A DNA stretch of 63,978 bases, filler included, from Octopus bimaculoides (GCF_001194135.2; 4 parts of 3 records of this genome joined end to end with filler, not necessarily neighbours in it); one strand, 5' to 3'. Positions 12,150-26,430 are shown, numbered from the whole stretch's first letter. The notes: generated by a model not told the origin, from the letters alone. Program-made: numbers and translations.

Positions 12150-13280
12150 NNNNNNNNNNNNNNNNNNNNNNNNNNNNNNNNNNNNNNNNNNNNNNNNNNN
12201 NNNNNNNNNNNNNNNNNNNNNNNNNNNNNNNNNNNNNNNNNNNNNNNNNNNNNNNNNNNNNNNNNNNNNNNNNNNNNNNNNNNNNNNNNNNNNNNNNNNN
12301 NNNNNNNNNNNNNNNNNNNNNNNNNNNNNNNNNNNNNNNNNNNNNNNNNNNNNNNNNNNNNNNNNNNNNNNNNNNNNNNNNNNNNNNNNNNNNNNNNNNN
12401 NNNNNNNNNNNNNNNNNNNNNNNNNNNNNNNNNNNNNNNNNNNNNNNNNNNNNNNNNNNNNNNNNNNNNNNNNNNNNNNNNNNNNNNNNNNNNNNNNNNN
12501 NNNNNNNNNNNNNNNNNNNNNNNNNNNNNNNNNNNNNNNNNNNNNNNNNNNNNNNNNNNNNNNNNNNNNNNNNNNNNNNNNNNNNNNNNNNNNNNNNNNN
12601 NNNNNNNNNNNNNNNNNNNNNNNNNNNNNNNNNNNNNNNNNNNNNNNNNNNNNNNNNNNNNNNNNNNNNNNNNNNNNNNNNNNNNNNNNNNNNNNNNNNN
12701 NNNNNNNNNNNNNNNNNNNNNNNNNNNNNNNNNNNNNNNNNNNNNNNNNNNNNNNNNNNNNNNNNNNNNNNNNNNNNNNNNNNNNNNNNNNNNNNNNNNN
12801 NNNNNNNNNNNNNNNNNNNNNNNNNNNNGGGGAGGAGGAAGGGGAGGAAGGGGAGGAGGAGGAAGGGGAGGAGGAGGAAGGGGAGGAGGAGTTAGTGTAA
12901 TTGCCTTTGCTCCTCTGGTCCTAATTGTTGTTCTTTTCCTCTTCGTTTATAGTTTATACAACGGAGGTGCATACATTATTTGTCCCAGGAATAATGATAA
13001 CAGCAGCAACAATCATCGCAACAACAACAGCAACAACAACAATAACAACAATAGTTAATCACAAATGTAAACAATACACGAAAACCAACGAAACAAACCA
13101 GCAAAATAACTCCCAGTAAATCTAATGACTCCATTGGAAAACAAAATTAAATGCACACACATACACACAGATTTACATGCACCCATAAACATATATACCT
13201 CCCACACTGTACAGCAACCCATGTATTTATATGCCATCCTTCACTACACATTCACACACACACACATACACACACACACG

Positions 13281-13343
<63 letters not shown>

Positions 13344-13557
13344 GTGTGTGCGTATGTGTGTGTCGGTGTATGTATATACGTATGCATGTATATATATACG
13401 TACATTTATATGTATAAACACACCCATAAATATATATCCCACACTATACAAACACACACACGTGCATATATTTCATCCCTCAGTAAACATTCAGAAATAT
13501 ATGCACACCCATATATATACCTACACTCACCCATATACATACATACATACATATATA

Positions 13558-13632
<75 letters not shown>

Positions 13633-13635
13633 NNN
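11530..13635. repeat. Low-complexity and microsatellite block: (GTT/GGT)n, (TAG)n, (GGA)n, (CAA)n, (TA)n, (TG)n, with N gaps
   Basis: Direct reading. Confidence 0.9.
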
Positions 13636-15109
13636 NNNNNNNNNNNNNNNNNNNNNNNNNNNNNNNNNNNNNNNNNNNNNNNNNNNNNNNNNNNNNNNNN
13701 NNNNNNNNNNNNNNNNNNNNNNNNNNNNNNNNNNNNNNNNNNNNNNNNNNNNNNNNNNNNNNNNNNNNNNNNNNNNNNNNNNNNNNNNNNNNNNNNNNNN
13801 NNNNNNNNNNNNNNNNNNNNNNNNNNNNNNNNNNNNNNNNNNNNNNNNNNNNNNNNNNNNNNNNNNNNNNNNNNNNNNNNNNNNNNNNNNNNNNNNNNNN
13901 NNNNNNNNNNNNNNNNNNNNNNNNNNNNNNNNNNNNNNNNNNNNNNNNNNNNNNNNNNNNNNNNNNNNNNNNNNNNNNNNNNNNNNNNNNNNNNNNNNNN
14001 NNNNNNNNNNNNNNNNNNNNNNNNNNNNNNNNNNNNNNNNNNNNNNNNNNNNNNNNNNNNNNNNNNNNNNNNNNNNNNNNNNNNNNNNNNNNNNNNNNNN
14101 NNNNNNNNNNNNNNNNNNNNNNNNNNNNNNNNNNNNNNNNNNNNNNNNNNNNNNNNNNNNNNNNNNNNNNNNNNNNNNNNNNNNNNNNNNNNNNATATAT
14201 ATATATATATATATATAAACGCATACACAGGCGAGCGCAACAACGTCTAAATATTTATGTGTTTCAAATATGTATTCCATGTAATTGTTTGAACTTGATC
14301 GCAAAGAAGTGTAAAAAGAACAGAAATAGAAAAGAGAGAACTAAATAGAGAGAGAGAACAGAACTATTCAGTAAGAGAGGGAAAGTAAGAAGAAAGGAAA
14401 AGAAAAAAGAGAGAGGTGAAAAGAAATAAAGGGAGCATTTAACCGAGAGATGTAGAAATGTGGAAGAGAGGCTTTAAAGAAGAGAGAATCATTGAGAAAC
14501 CATTATTCATTGACTTTGTTGCCTTGATCAAATGGAAAGGATTACATTGCGAAAGTCTGGGGTCAAAGAAAGGCACCATGCTTTCTGGGTAGTTATTAGA
14601 TTCAATAAACATCGTCTAGAATGGGAATAGTTTTATCAATAGCAACTACTCTTACAGCATGTTAGATTGATCGTTAAGCGTTGCTATAAAATCAATTCCA
14701 CAACTAACATAAATATGAAAATAATACATGCTACTCAAATTCACTTTATGTCACACAGAAAATTGTTTCATTCTCAATGGTTTACTTCAATGTCTAGAAA
14801 AACACTATGAATTAGTTAAAAGCTCGGACACGCAACTGTTAACTGACGAGAACACTATTGTTGTTACCTTCAGTCTAGCGAGGTTTATTTGTACATATTA
14901 GTTACATTCCATAAACACGGAGTTTTATATAGAAGTTATTTAGAAGGGATATTTCGAAAATTATTTTGCTATCCATTTATTATCACATTGAGACTAGAAT
15001 TGTTTATAAATTCAAATGAAAGATTAATATTTGTGTCTAATTTGCATGAACGATGCAATGATTTATACAATGAGCCTTAATGAGTTTATTCTAGTCCTTT
15101 TCACAGAAT

Positions 15110-16110
<1,001 letters not shown>

Positions 16111-16284
16111 ATCAGCTCCTCATTGGTAATTGAATTATTGGTAGTGCTGTGTTAGTGCTAATAATTCTTGCTTTTGTTATAAGAACTTCCAGTAAATATC
16201 ATAATCCTTCTACCAACAAATTCTGAATAGTATCTTTTCACAAAGCATTGTGTAAAACTTGCATTTGTTAATAATATATTGTTG

Positions 16285-16620
16285 TTGGCACTCCGTCGCT
16301 TACGACGACGAGGGTTCCAGTTGATCCGATCAGCGTAACAGCCTGCTCGTGAAATTAACGTGCAAGTGGCTGAGCACTCCACAGACACGTGTACCCTTAA
16401 CGTAGTTCTCGGGGATATTCATCGTGACACAGTCTGACAAGGCTGACCCTTTGAATTACAGGCACAACAGAAACAGGAAGTTAGAGTGAGAGAAAGTTGT
16501 GGCGAAAGAGTACAGCAGGGTTCGCCACCATCCCCTGCCGGAGCCTCGTGGAGCTTTAGGTGTTTTCGCTCAATAAACACTCACAACGCCCGGTCTGGGA
16601 ATCGAAACCGCGATCCTATG
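16285..16620 (-). mobile_element. tRNA-derived SINE family 3
   Basis: Minus head GGATCGCGGTTTCGATTCCCAGACC (B box). The 3' part GGCACTCCGTCG.TTACGACG..GAGGGTTCCAG..CTGCTCGTGAAATTAAC is shared with the copy at 36305-36620. Confidence 0.8.
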
Positions 16621-17219
16621 NNNNNNNNNNNNNNNNNNNNNNNNNNNNNNNNNNNNNNNNNNNNNNNNNNNNNNNNNNNNNNNNNNNNNNNNNNNNNNNN
16701 NNNNNNNNNNNNNNNNNNNNNNNNNNNNNNNNNNNNNNNNNNNNNNNNNNNNNNNNNNNNNNNNNNNNNNNNNNNNNNNNNNNNNNNNNNNNNNNNNNNN
16801 NNNNNNNNNNNNNNNNNNNNNNNNNNNNNNNNNNNNNNNNNNNNNNNNNNNNNNNNNNNNNNNNNNNNNNNNNNNNNNNNNNNNNNNNNNNNNNNNNNNN
16901 NNNNNNNNNNNNNNNNNNNNNNNNNNNNNNNNNNNNNNNNNNNNNNNNNNNNNNNNNNNNNNNCTCTCTCTCTCTCTCTCTCTCTCTCTCAAAAAGATTT
17001 GAAGAGGGGTAATAACTATTAAATACTCCCTTGCCTGTTAATTTCTGCTGCGTTGTGGGTACACCAATTAGAAAAAAAGAAAAATATTCGCCACCGTCAG
17101 TCATCCGTATAATTTTCAATGCACCTTAGAGTCTATTTGCAGCCATCCAAACATTCATGAGCCTTAAAATGGCATCTCAGGACACTACAACAACGAATGA
17201 AAATTATTGATTTAATATT

Positions 17220-17410
17220 TGATTTCCAGTTTCCACCGTTTATAATGACTTGTGATAATTCAGTAACTATAACTACACTTGCGTACTGAGTAGCGTTGTT
17301 AGACAGGATTGACAAAATTTTACTGCCAAAGCTACGTTACACGATACCCACGTATAGTTACAATCACTGAATTATCACAAGTTATCAAGCGTTAGAAACA
17401 GAACTTGAAA
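17220..17410. repeat. Imperfect inverted repeat (hairpin) upstream of the hAT pseudogene
   Basis: 17248-17264 ACTTGTGATAATTCAGT is the exact reverse complement of 17366-17382; the arms extend imperfectly to about 80 bp each. Confidence 0.8.
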
Positions 17411-17639
17411 ATGAAAACAATAATAAATATGTTTGTTTTAATTTCATTTTTTATATCCCAGCTCATTATTTCATCCAAAAATAGGGAAAATTCTGAAAAA
17501 TGAGAAAATTCCAGGAAAAGTGGACAAATAATTACTTTTCCGGTGAAGTAAAGAGAAGACCAATGTGGTTAATATGTTATGAATCCATCTCTTCTTTTAA
17601 ATAGTTTGATTTTAAGCGGGTAGATAAATTTAAGGGAGA

Positions 17640-19100
17640 TATTTAGAAATAGAAATCGAATCCCTCAAGAAACAAATCGGTAGCCTAAATATGATGTTTT
17701 CTAAAAGCCAAGAAGGACCCGAAGAAATTATACATGCAAATTTTGTTGCTGGTGGGGAAAAAAATTCGTTAAACGTTCGAAACAATTATGCCAACGTTGA
17801 ATTTGTGGAATTATGTCTTTTGACAGTGTCTGAACTTTTATGCCCGGAAAAGTTAAATATGTTTGGCAAGATTATCGGCAGATATTGAGAATTTGATTCT
17901 TCTTCACTGGCTATCGACAGATATCGAGAATTTTATTCTTTTTTACTAGCTATTGACGAATGCACAAAGTATCCGATTCGGCTCATCTGGCATTTTCGTA
18001 CGAAATATTGATGAATCAATTAATATCATCGAAACATTACTGCTCAGACAATGAAGGCAACATTACATGTTATAACATTAATGAAGAAATGAAGAAAGTT
18101 AAATCTTCCGCTTGAAAGGCTCTTTAGTGTAGCAACAGAGGGAGCTCCAACAATGGCTGGACCTAAGAAAAGCTTTCTATCCAAATCAAAAGACAAATGA
18201 ACTTCTTTGAATTCAATAAACAGTGGCTTTGCAACGACTCATTGCATAATTCATCAAGAAAATTTATATGCAAAGTCTGTAAAATTTGAAAATGTTATAC
18301 GTAAAGCCACAACTTTTATAAAATCCCGAGCATTTAACCTTCACCGGTTTAAAGAGTTCTTCGAAGATCTTGGATCAGAGTATGGTGATCCTGTTTACTA
18401 CTGTTTGCTGACTCAGTAATCGGAAGATGCTTTGACGGGTTTATAGTCTTCGAGAAGAGGTATGCACCTTCTTAGAAATAAAGGATAAATTTTCCCTGAG
18501 CTCAAGGATGAAAACTGGATTTATGACCTCTTTATTTCTTGTAAATATCACAACTGCTAAAGCAGAATCAGTTGATACATTAGATGTTCTCATGTTGAAG
18601 CTTTTGAAACAAAATTTCAGATCAACTCAGAACTAGCGACACTTTCTATTTCCCCAACACTAAGGAGTCAGGATACAATGGCTTTGCTGAGTTCAATAAG
18701 CTGAAAAAAGAACTGAACACCAGATTTAAGAACTTAAAAACTAGAGAAACTGATTTTAACCTTTTTAGAAATTCATGTAACGCACAAAGGGAACTGCAAT
18801 TGGAAATAATTGAACTTCAATGTGATTAATTTTTTAGGCAAAAATTCAAAAACGAATTTTTATGGAAATCATTCTGAAGTAAACTATCCAAAATACTGTG
18901 CTTAGCTACAAGATGCACCCACCTAGTTTGGTAGTACGCAAAAATATGAACAACTTTTTATTAGAATGAAAATAATAGTTGAAAACTAATTCAATATTGA
19001 CAGAGATTCATCTCGAAGACAGTTTACTGGTTGCAGTATCGGAAATACGTGTAACATTGGCAAATTTGTTAAAAAATAAAACAACGCCAAATTCTTACTA
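17640..19100 (+). pseudogene. hAT transposase pseudogene (Charlie/SPIN/GTF2IRD2-like)
   Basis: Translation: EFVELCLLTVSELLCPEK; LFSVATEGAPTMAG (ATDGAP motif); HCIIHQENLYAK; FIKSRAFNLHRFKEFFEDLGSEYGD; LREEVCTFLEIK; C-terminal LTEIHLEDSLLVAVS. Many stops and frameshifts. Confidence 0.9.
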
Positions 19101-20033
19101 AAATTCGTAATGTCTATTTACGTCAACAGCAAATGAATAGTAAATAAGATGTTTCTTGTCTGTATTTTGTTAAGAAGCCTTTTAATCAATGTATGTAGTT
19201 TAGTCGGACTGTTTTCTTCGTTGATGTTGTTCATTCTTTTCTTTTATATATATTTTTCACAGCATTTTGGTTGTTATGCTTGTCAGGTCACGTTAGTTTG
19301 TTTTCAATTTCTTTTTCTTTTTTTGTTTTGAGTTTCTTACCTTTAATCAGGCTGAAATTTCTTTTAGGCTATAGTTTAAAACAGTTCGACTATATACATA
19401 TAAAACGATGATTAAGTACGTTTCTTGAGCTTAATAACCTTTCATTGAAGGTAACGTTTTCAGCATTTTAAAGAATTGACGATTTTCACTAAGGAAGACC
19501 ACACGTATAAACATCTCTAGCTTTAGAAATGGGAAATGTTGCTTTTAATTTTTTTCTTTATTTTTCTTTGAATAGTCAAATGAAAAATTAAAAACAATTC
19601 TTACTACTTTTATGTGTATTCTTATATTAGCGTTATATTGCAATTTAACAGTGGCCAATAAAATGGTTGGATTGATAAATGTACACCTGGGAAAATATAT
19701 ATAATTTTACTAAAATTTTGATACACAGATTATGAAAATATCTTCTTTTTTTTTTTTTTCAATATATGGATCATACAGCTATTCATATTTAATACACTGA
19801 TCTTCCATGAATTCATTCTTTTTTTCTTTAATTATTCCATAATGTATTCCGGCAGCAGCCTGTGTTAAACACACTACCATCAGTAATAATATAACAAAAC
19901 CTCAGTTTTTTAATTATTGAAAAATCTTCTGTCCAAAGAAAAGAAGACAATTTTTCCCTACTTATAAATCAGATGCTAACGTGCATAAACTTCTGCATTA
20001 AAAATGGTTGAGGTACCTTCAACGAAATATTAC

Positions 20034-20139
20034 CTCGAATATTTTAGTGCTGCGGCACATGCAGCCCAATGCTCACCCATGTTGACCCATGCCTGGTTTA
20101 AACCCTTTCGTTGTATTTTTACCCTCTTGAAGACAATAG
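20034..20139 (-). CDS. Candidate internal exon (106 nt, phase 1-2): (A)IVFKRVKIQRKGLNQAWVNMGEHWAACAAALKYS(R)
   Basis: Acceptor gatttccctcttag|, donor GAG|gtaata, open frame, local GC rise. An overlapping + strand reading (20049-20176, donor AAC|gtaagt) is also open. Confidence 0.4.
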
Positions 20140-21419
20140 CTAAGAGGGAAATCATTGAGAAACGACTTCAAAACGTAAGTACTGCGAGAATAGATGCAAT
20201 CACTTAACCGTTAAAAAAAATCATTGAGATTAATTACTCAGTGACGCCTTCCATAAGAAAATCAACAGTTACATAGATATTAGGGAATTTAATATAGAGC
20301 ATCGAAAATATTAATTAAAAGTATTGATGTGGTATGGAATGTTGAGTGCAGAATTATCAAGCAAGAAACAACCAGTAAAACTAAGCTCAGTTTCATATGC
20401 CCTACCGCATTCTACTAGCAGAAGTTATATTATTCATTGCCTTATTGAAGCTAAACAAGGGGATCCTCTAAGTGGTCACTCGATCTGTTAGATCGACTAT
20501 ATTTTTCTCAAATCAAACTCCACTGCATTAAGTAAGATGAAAGCACATTAGACGTAGTCTTAGTTATCCCTATAAAGACGGGATAGTTATGGCGGGTATA
20601 TTTCTACTCAAGCATGATTAACTAGGGCTAAGCAGCAACAAACAGTGCTTCAAAATATATTTGTAAGGCACGATGTTGTTTAGATCCAAGTCAACTATGG
20701 AATGATCAAAGGTTCATTATCTAGCCAATATCTCTTTTCATTGGTGAACATAGTAGGATGCAAATTGAGTAAGATTTATATGGACGTGTGTTTATGTTAG
20801 CGTGCATGTGTGTGAGTGTGTGTGTGCGCGCGCGTATATTACACTTTTTTAGAGTGATATCGCAATATGAAACACTAAAACATTATATATGGGTTTTTTT
20901 TTTTTTAAGAAAGCACTTTTATTAAGTTCTGTATAGAAATGGTATTCATAACGTTTCTTTTAAAAAGCTTTTATAAAACTAAACTACAAATTAGTTAATA
21001 TTAGATTTCGACCTCCAAGTGAATCTCGTTTTTCCATTTCTCCATACAATGCAGTCTTGAAAAGAAAATCAAGTATTCGGAGTTTTCGGGATAATTATTG
21101 CTTAAACTTTGTGGTGACGTCACGACTTACAAATGCAATCGAATAAATGTTTCCCAAGATACGAAAATGTTATTTTAGAAGATAACACTACCTAAACTGC
21201 ATTATTGTACTCTTATTATTATGCTGTATTTTTTGTATGATAACCACTGTCATAAATATTTCTTTTCGTTCTTCACAAAATTCCTAATAATATCGAAAGC
21301 TACTACCTTAAATTCACTTACGAACGGGAATGAATTTTTAATGAAAAAAACATTGTCGGATTATTAGAGACAAATTTGATACAACGTCATCTTTACGGAA
21401 AGAGGAACAAGTACTTGTA

Positions 21420-21649
21420 CAATAATCCTTCGCCTATTGTGGATGTTACGTTCCAAAACCCACAACGATAGGTGAAAATCTGTAAAGTAGAAACAGTACT
21501 GTACTGTATTTTTTTTTTTTAATAATTTGTATATATTCATTTTATTATAGATGCAAAACACCACCACGGAGGAATCGACTTAAGCTTAAATAATAAACCG
21601 CGATAGGTGAACCGTGATAGGTGAACTGCAATATGGCGAGGGATTACTG
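21420..21649. mobile_element. pogo/Tigger-type MITE
   Basis: TIRs CAATAATCCTTCGCC (21420) and GGCGAGGGATTACTG (ends 21649), flanked by TA on both sides; internal CGATAGGTGAA repeats. Confidence 0.85.
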
Positions 21650-21703
21650 TATTTTGCTAATGATTAAACCCTTGGCTAATTGGATATTTTTAAAATATAG
21701 TAT

Positions 21704-22068
21704 ACTAGCAGAAATACCCGGCTTTGCCCGGGTTAAAGAGAATAATGAAATCTAAAAACGCCGTCTAGACTACGCAACCCTCAACTGTTAGTAGCTACGA
21801 TACAATATTTCTACATTAATAACTCTCCAATCCATGCCAGCATGGAACATAGACATTAAGTGGAATGCCAGTCTCTCATCTGGGAAGGCCTTGAAATCAA
21901 TGTTACCAACTGGGGACTATGTGTCGCAGTGATAATAAAAAGACCCAAAGGAGGTCTGCAACGAAATAATTTTACTCAACACTTTGCAAGTGAATCAATG
22001 GAGGCAAAGATGCGATTCATTTACTTGACAATTTATGCACCACATTGCAGAAATCACAATGTAAGTAT
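21704..22068 (-). mobile_element. Helitron 3' end
   Basis: Minus strand CCCGG-GCAAAG-CCGGG hairpin (21717-21732), then CTAG followed by host T (21704): the canonical Helitron terminus. The rest runs into a gap. Confidence 0.7.
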
Positions 22069-22168
22069 NNNNNNNNNNNNNNNNNNNNNNNNNNNNNNNN
22101 NNNNNNNNNNNNTTAATTAATTAANNNNNNNNNNNNNNNNNNNNNNNNNNNNNNNNNNNNNNNNNNNN
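22069..22168. other. Artificial 100-bp scaffold spacer (44 N + TTAATTAATTAA + 44 N); also at 41573-41672 and 62123-62222
   Basis: Identical 12-mer with stops in all six frames at 22113-22124, 41617-41628 and 62167-62178, each embedded in Ns. Confidence 0.95.
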
Positions 22169-22211
<43 letters not shown>

Positions 22212-23178
22212 CATTTGTTTGTGTATATAAGTATTTATGCGTATATGTAAATGCGTGCGTCAGCCTGGCGATCAAATACGCAATAACATCACACCCATTT
22301 TCTACAGTGATCACGTGATTCTCTCTATCAGTAATTTAGCGAAATTATTCCACTGTATCAGTAACTATTTCTATTTATCTTTATGAGGTGCAGTAGAAAT
22401 TAACTCTGCCATTATTCTTATCGTCAATGTTTAATGATAGATTTTGTTGAATTGCCTCTCTAGCAACAGTTTGCACCTCGTTAACCGAAGCATGGTTTCG
22501 ATTGCCATATCCAGTAGTTTGATTTTTACTTTTTAATTTTCTTGGTGTTATTGCGCTTGGGCGTGTTGTCATTGTCTTGTTTTTGAATACTTGCTATACT
22601 CTGATTCAGCAAATCTGTGAAGAGAGTGTTCTACCCATGACCACTCATTTTGTTATAGTAAAGAGAAAAAGTAAAGCGTTACATTATCGATTGTATTCCT
22701 AGAGTTCATGTACATCTAAGTCAAAGTTATGTGTGATATGGAGAAGATACAATCTTCTTTATCTCTTGGACAACAAACGTGTTTCCCTCTCTTGTTTTAT
22801 TTTTTTGTTTTTTTTTTTTGCTTCGGTTTGATTTACCGCGGTGAACCGATAGATTTTTCAGGGTCGACGAAATAAGTATTTGTTGAGCACTGAAATCCAT
22901 GTAATCTACTACCCCCTCCTTTAAAAATTGTTGGTTTTGATACAAACCTTGAAACCTGTTCTCAAGCGAACTTTCGATATGTTGATTATTATTTCTTTTT
23001 GATCTTATGAGTTTTGATCTCTAATGATATTTAAAACAGATAGCAAGAAACATTATAAGATGTAGGTAACAAGCTGTATAGTGAGGAATAAAATACGTTT
23101 CAGATTTTAAATATATAATATGGCAAGCGGAATAACTCTGAAAGGCAATTGACAGCCGTTTCAGATAACAATACTTAC

Positions 23179-23229
23179 CAGTTGGGTAATTCGAACGGCA
23201 GACTGTTCATTCTTGCATTATATAAAAGT
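23179..23229 (-). CDS. Candidate internal exon (51 nt, phase 2-2): LLYNARMNSLPFELPN
   Basis: Acceptor cactcttctctgacag|, donor CTG|gtaagt; open in one frame. Confidence 0.35.
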
Positions 23230-24501
23230 CTGTCAGAGAAGAGTGACCGCATTCTGGAGGAAAATCTTAGCATGGCAAAGCATTGTGTGGATGATCTGTT
23301 ATTAAGATAGTTTCATGATGAAAGATGACAGCAACAACATCCATCAGAGACTTTAGCGTCAGTATGAACCACAAGTGTTATTATCACGTTTGTTATTATT
23401 GATAACCTTGAAAACGACAACTTGAAATATTTTATTTTAGGCTTAATTATTAAAAATTCCGTTTCTTTTAAGGATTGGAAATAGCGGCATTAACTGCAAC
23501 AACACCAAGGATTGTGAAGTGAGATGGCGAATTACAACCAGCACTGTGAGGACGACTAACCAAAATATTTCTCTCGCCTTTTTCTTATTCAGCAGTATCA
23601 TCACTACCACGATTACCGCTAACACCACCATAGAAAAAAAAGACATTTGTTCTATATTTTCAACCCTAATACCATCACTACAGAAAACAATGTTCACTAT
23701 AGTCGCATGGACTGTCAATACCCTTACTTTTAGTAATTTCTTTTGGGTGGTTCTACGACATTTCTAAGTAGCTCTTGACGGAAACAAACTGGAGTAAATT
23801 TAAATATTAGTCAGCGAATTGAAAAGAAGAATTCCCAGTTTTGTGAATGATAGTATTGCTGCCTATGCTCTCAAAACAAATTGATAATTTCTGGTTTCCT
23901 AATACGAAATAAAGTATAATTTAAGATTTGGGACAAAATATTCGCATAGACATTAGCATCTGTCTTTGGTCATGGGGCTGGGGAAAGAGAACTTGGCGTG
24001 TTAGGCTAATAAGGAACATAAATGCCTGCCAACACAATCATAAATTATTTGTTGTATGGTGAGAGTGGAAAAAATACGTTATCCAGATTAACTTCCAGAA
24101 ATATAATGCAAGTATCTGGCATAATTCATAACAGACAGAATGTATCCGCTTACTAATGTTATCTACTGTAAAAGTTCGTAAAGCAGATAAATGTCTTCTT
24201 ATGAGGCATAAGCTGTAAATTTATGAATGTTTCTGAATAACACATATCATATTGAAATGCTTAAACTTTTCTTTCTGAGGAGGAAATTTCCGAACACAGT
24301 TTGTGTTCAACACAAATCTAGATGACTCTAGGTTTGTGCATACTTATTCTGATTTATTTCTCTATTGGTTGTAACTTCATGTATTCAGGTGCAAATAAAA
24401 CTAAATCTTATACTATCAGGTCATCCTATAAGTTCTGTCTGAATTTTGAATAAAGAATACAAGTGATCAAATGTTATATTTAATTGAAATTTAATCATCG
24501 C

Positions 24502-24561
<60 letters not shown>
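24502..24561. repeat. (AGT)n microsatellite
   Basis: Direct reading. Confidence 0.95.
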
Positions 24562-24562
<1 letters not shown>

Positions 24563-25088
24563 AAATGCTACTGAATTTACCCAGCATAATATTCTTGAAA
24601 AGACTGCAAAATTCATTATGTTCTTTACTTTCGTGTGAGTACGTATGCCATTGTGAATTTAACTGATAGATATATTTCGCCGGAGAGAGCTGTATGCTGC
24701 TTAGTCGTAAAGTGATTCTTGTCTGAATACGTTCTTGTAAATCCCCAATCTTTCTGATATTCAGAGACCCACTGTCTCATGGTTTCATACGCAGTGAATA
24801 AAATCGTCTTAAGCTATTCCATATTTTAGATGTTCATGCTATATTATTTGTTTATTAATGAGTTGTACGTTTCCTTTAACTTCATTATGTTATCCGCTTG
24901 ACATGAAACATCGATCAATGCGGAATTTCTTCTCTCGGGAATGGTGCTTTGCCGTGTCAAGTTTGTTTTCTCGTGCCTCTAACTGAATATATTTCTGTAT
25001 CAAAATATATAGGTATTATTGTCTCTAGTCATTATCAATGGGATATGGAAATTGCAAAGTAACACAATGCACAGTATTAATATTTCAG

Positions 25089-25269
25089 TGAACTTTATCC
25101 TTTGAGGAATCACCGAAATTACTATGAATCTAGAAGCGATAGTATTAAACAGATAAGTAATCAATATCTCAATGGCCAGAAAACTTCTATGTCTCACACA
25201 GATACCCCAGAATGGCATGGTCATCATTCCTTCTAAATGGTAGCAGCATATTTTAGATGCGGGAATAAA
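25089..25269 (+). CDS. Candidate terminal exon: ELYPLRNHRNYYESRSDSIKQISNQYLNGQKTSMSHTDTPEWHGHHSF*
   Basis: Acceptor ttaatatttcag| at 25088, open frame to TAA 25234-25236, AATAAA at 25264-25269. Confidence 0.35.
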
Positions 25270-25344
25270 GTTCAAGCAAATCTATGCTACTACTAGAAGT
25301 ATTGTGACAGATTTTTGGGCTTCAAATTTTGTTACGAAGCCAGT

Positions 25345-25520
25345 AATAACGGGAAAGGAGTAAGTCGATTACATCGACCCCAGTGATCAACTGATATTTA
25401 TTTTGTCGACCCCGAAAGGATGAAAGGCAATGTAGAGCTCAGCAAAACTTGATCACAGAACATAAAGAAAGACGAAACGCTGCTAAGCATTTTGCCCATT
25501 AGATTAACGATTCTGCACAA
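25345..25520 (-). mobile_element. Family-1 SINE
   Basis: AAGTCGATTACATCGACCCCAGTG..TTTTGTCGACCCCGAAAGGATGAAAGGC. Further copies at about 5585-5770, 22836-22958, 30585-30740, 36690-36870 and 41130-41310. Confidence 0.85.
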
Positions 25521-25521
25521 A

Positions 25522-26336
25522 AATGTTTGTATCCAGTGATCGCCATTACGCCAGTAATATACACACGTATTGAGTCAATGTTATACTTTTATTATTATAA
25601 GTGATTTAGTTAGCTATCTAGTCCACTTAGTCTTTAATGAATCGCACGGCTAATTAATAAATCAGTTGTGTTTGCCAAACTCCTTTGGTCGCCATCCGTG
25701 ACCTCTTCAATGATGTGCCGACTCTGCTCCAAGTCAGCGTCGCATCAAGATTTAAAGCTAAAACGAAATACTTATATATTTCCATATTAATTATGCTTAA
25801 CCTAACTCACTAAAGCACAGGAAAGCAATATTAAATCGTAAAATATTGTGTATTGCTTCCTTAGTACTATGTTAATTTATGAAGAACCAAAAGGGAACAT
25901 CAACATGGTCCGGTCAACTGCTAGAAATAGCTGTCGCATTATAAGTACAAGATGTTTACCCATAAACACGTATGTAGCTTATCCAACCTTTGCGTGAAGT
26001 GTAGTAATGCAAGTGATTGTCACCGATTTAACGTTTAATTTTCCGAATCAGTAATTTCAGACCCCTGATTTCATAAAAAAAAAAAAATCATTATCTGCTC
26101 AGAAATTTATATAATGGGCTTCAAGTCCTTGATTTTAATTTAATGCAATAATACTTCATTCTCTGCGATTTCTTTAATAATTTCATCTAATCTTTTTATC
26201 CATTATGTTAATTAATAGCCGCAGCGAGTGCAATTGGAGTTTGTCTTTTTCGTTTTGTACACTAAATACACCGATTGCAAAAATATTTTAATGTTATTTC
26301 TTTTCTGAGCTTATATGTGAGTGTTTCCGTGCGTGT

Positions 26337-26430
<94 letters not shown>

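Noticed and set aside
22381-22615. Minus-strand ORF and acceptor (ctcttcacag) as a possible exon
   Set aside because: It would create a TGA at the junction with the 23179 candidate, no donor was found and no homology was recognised.
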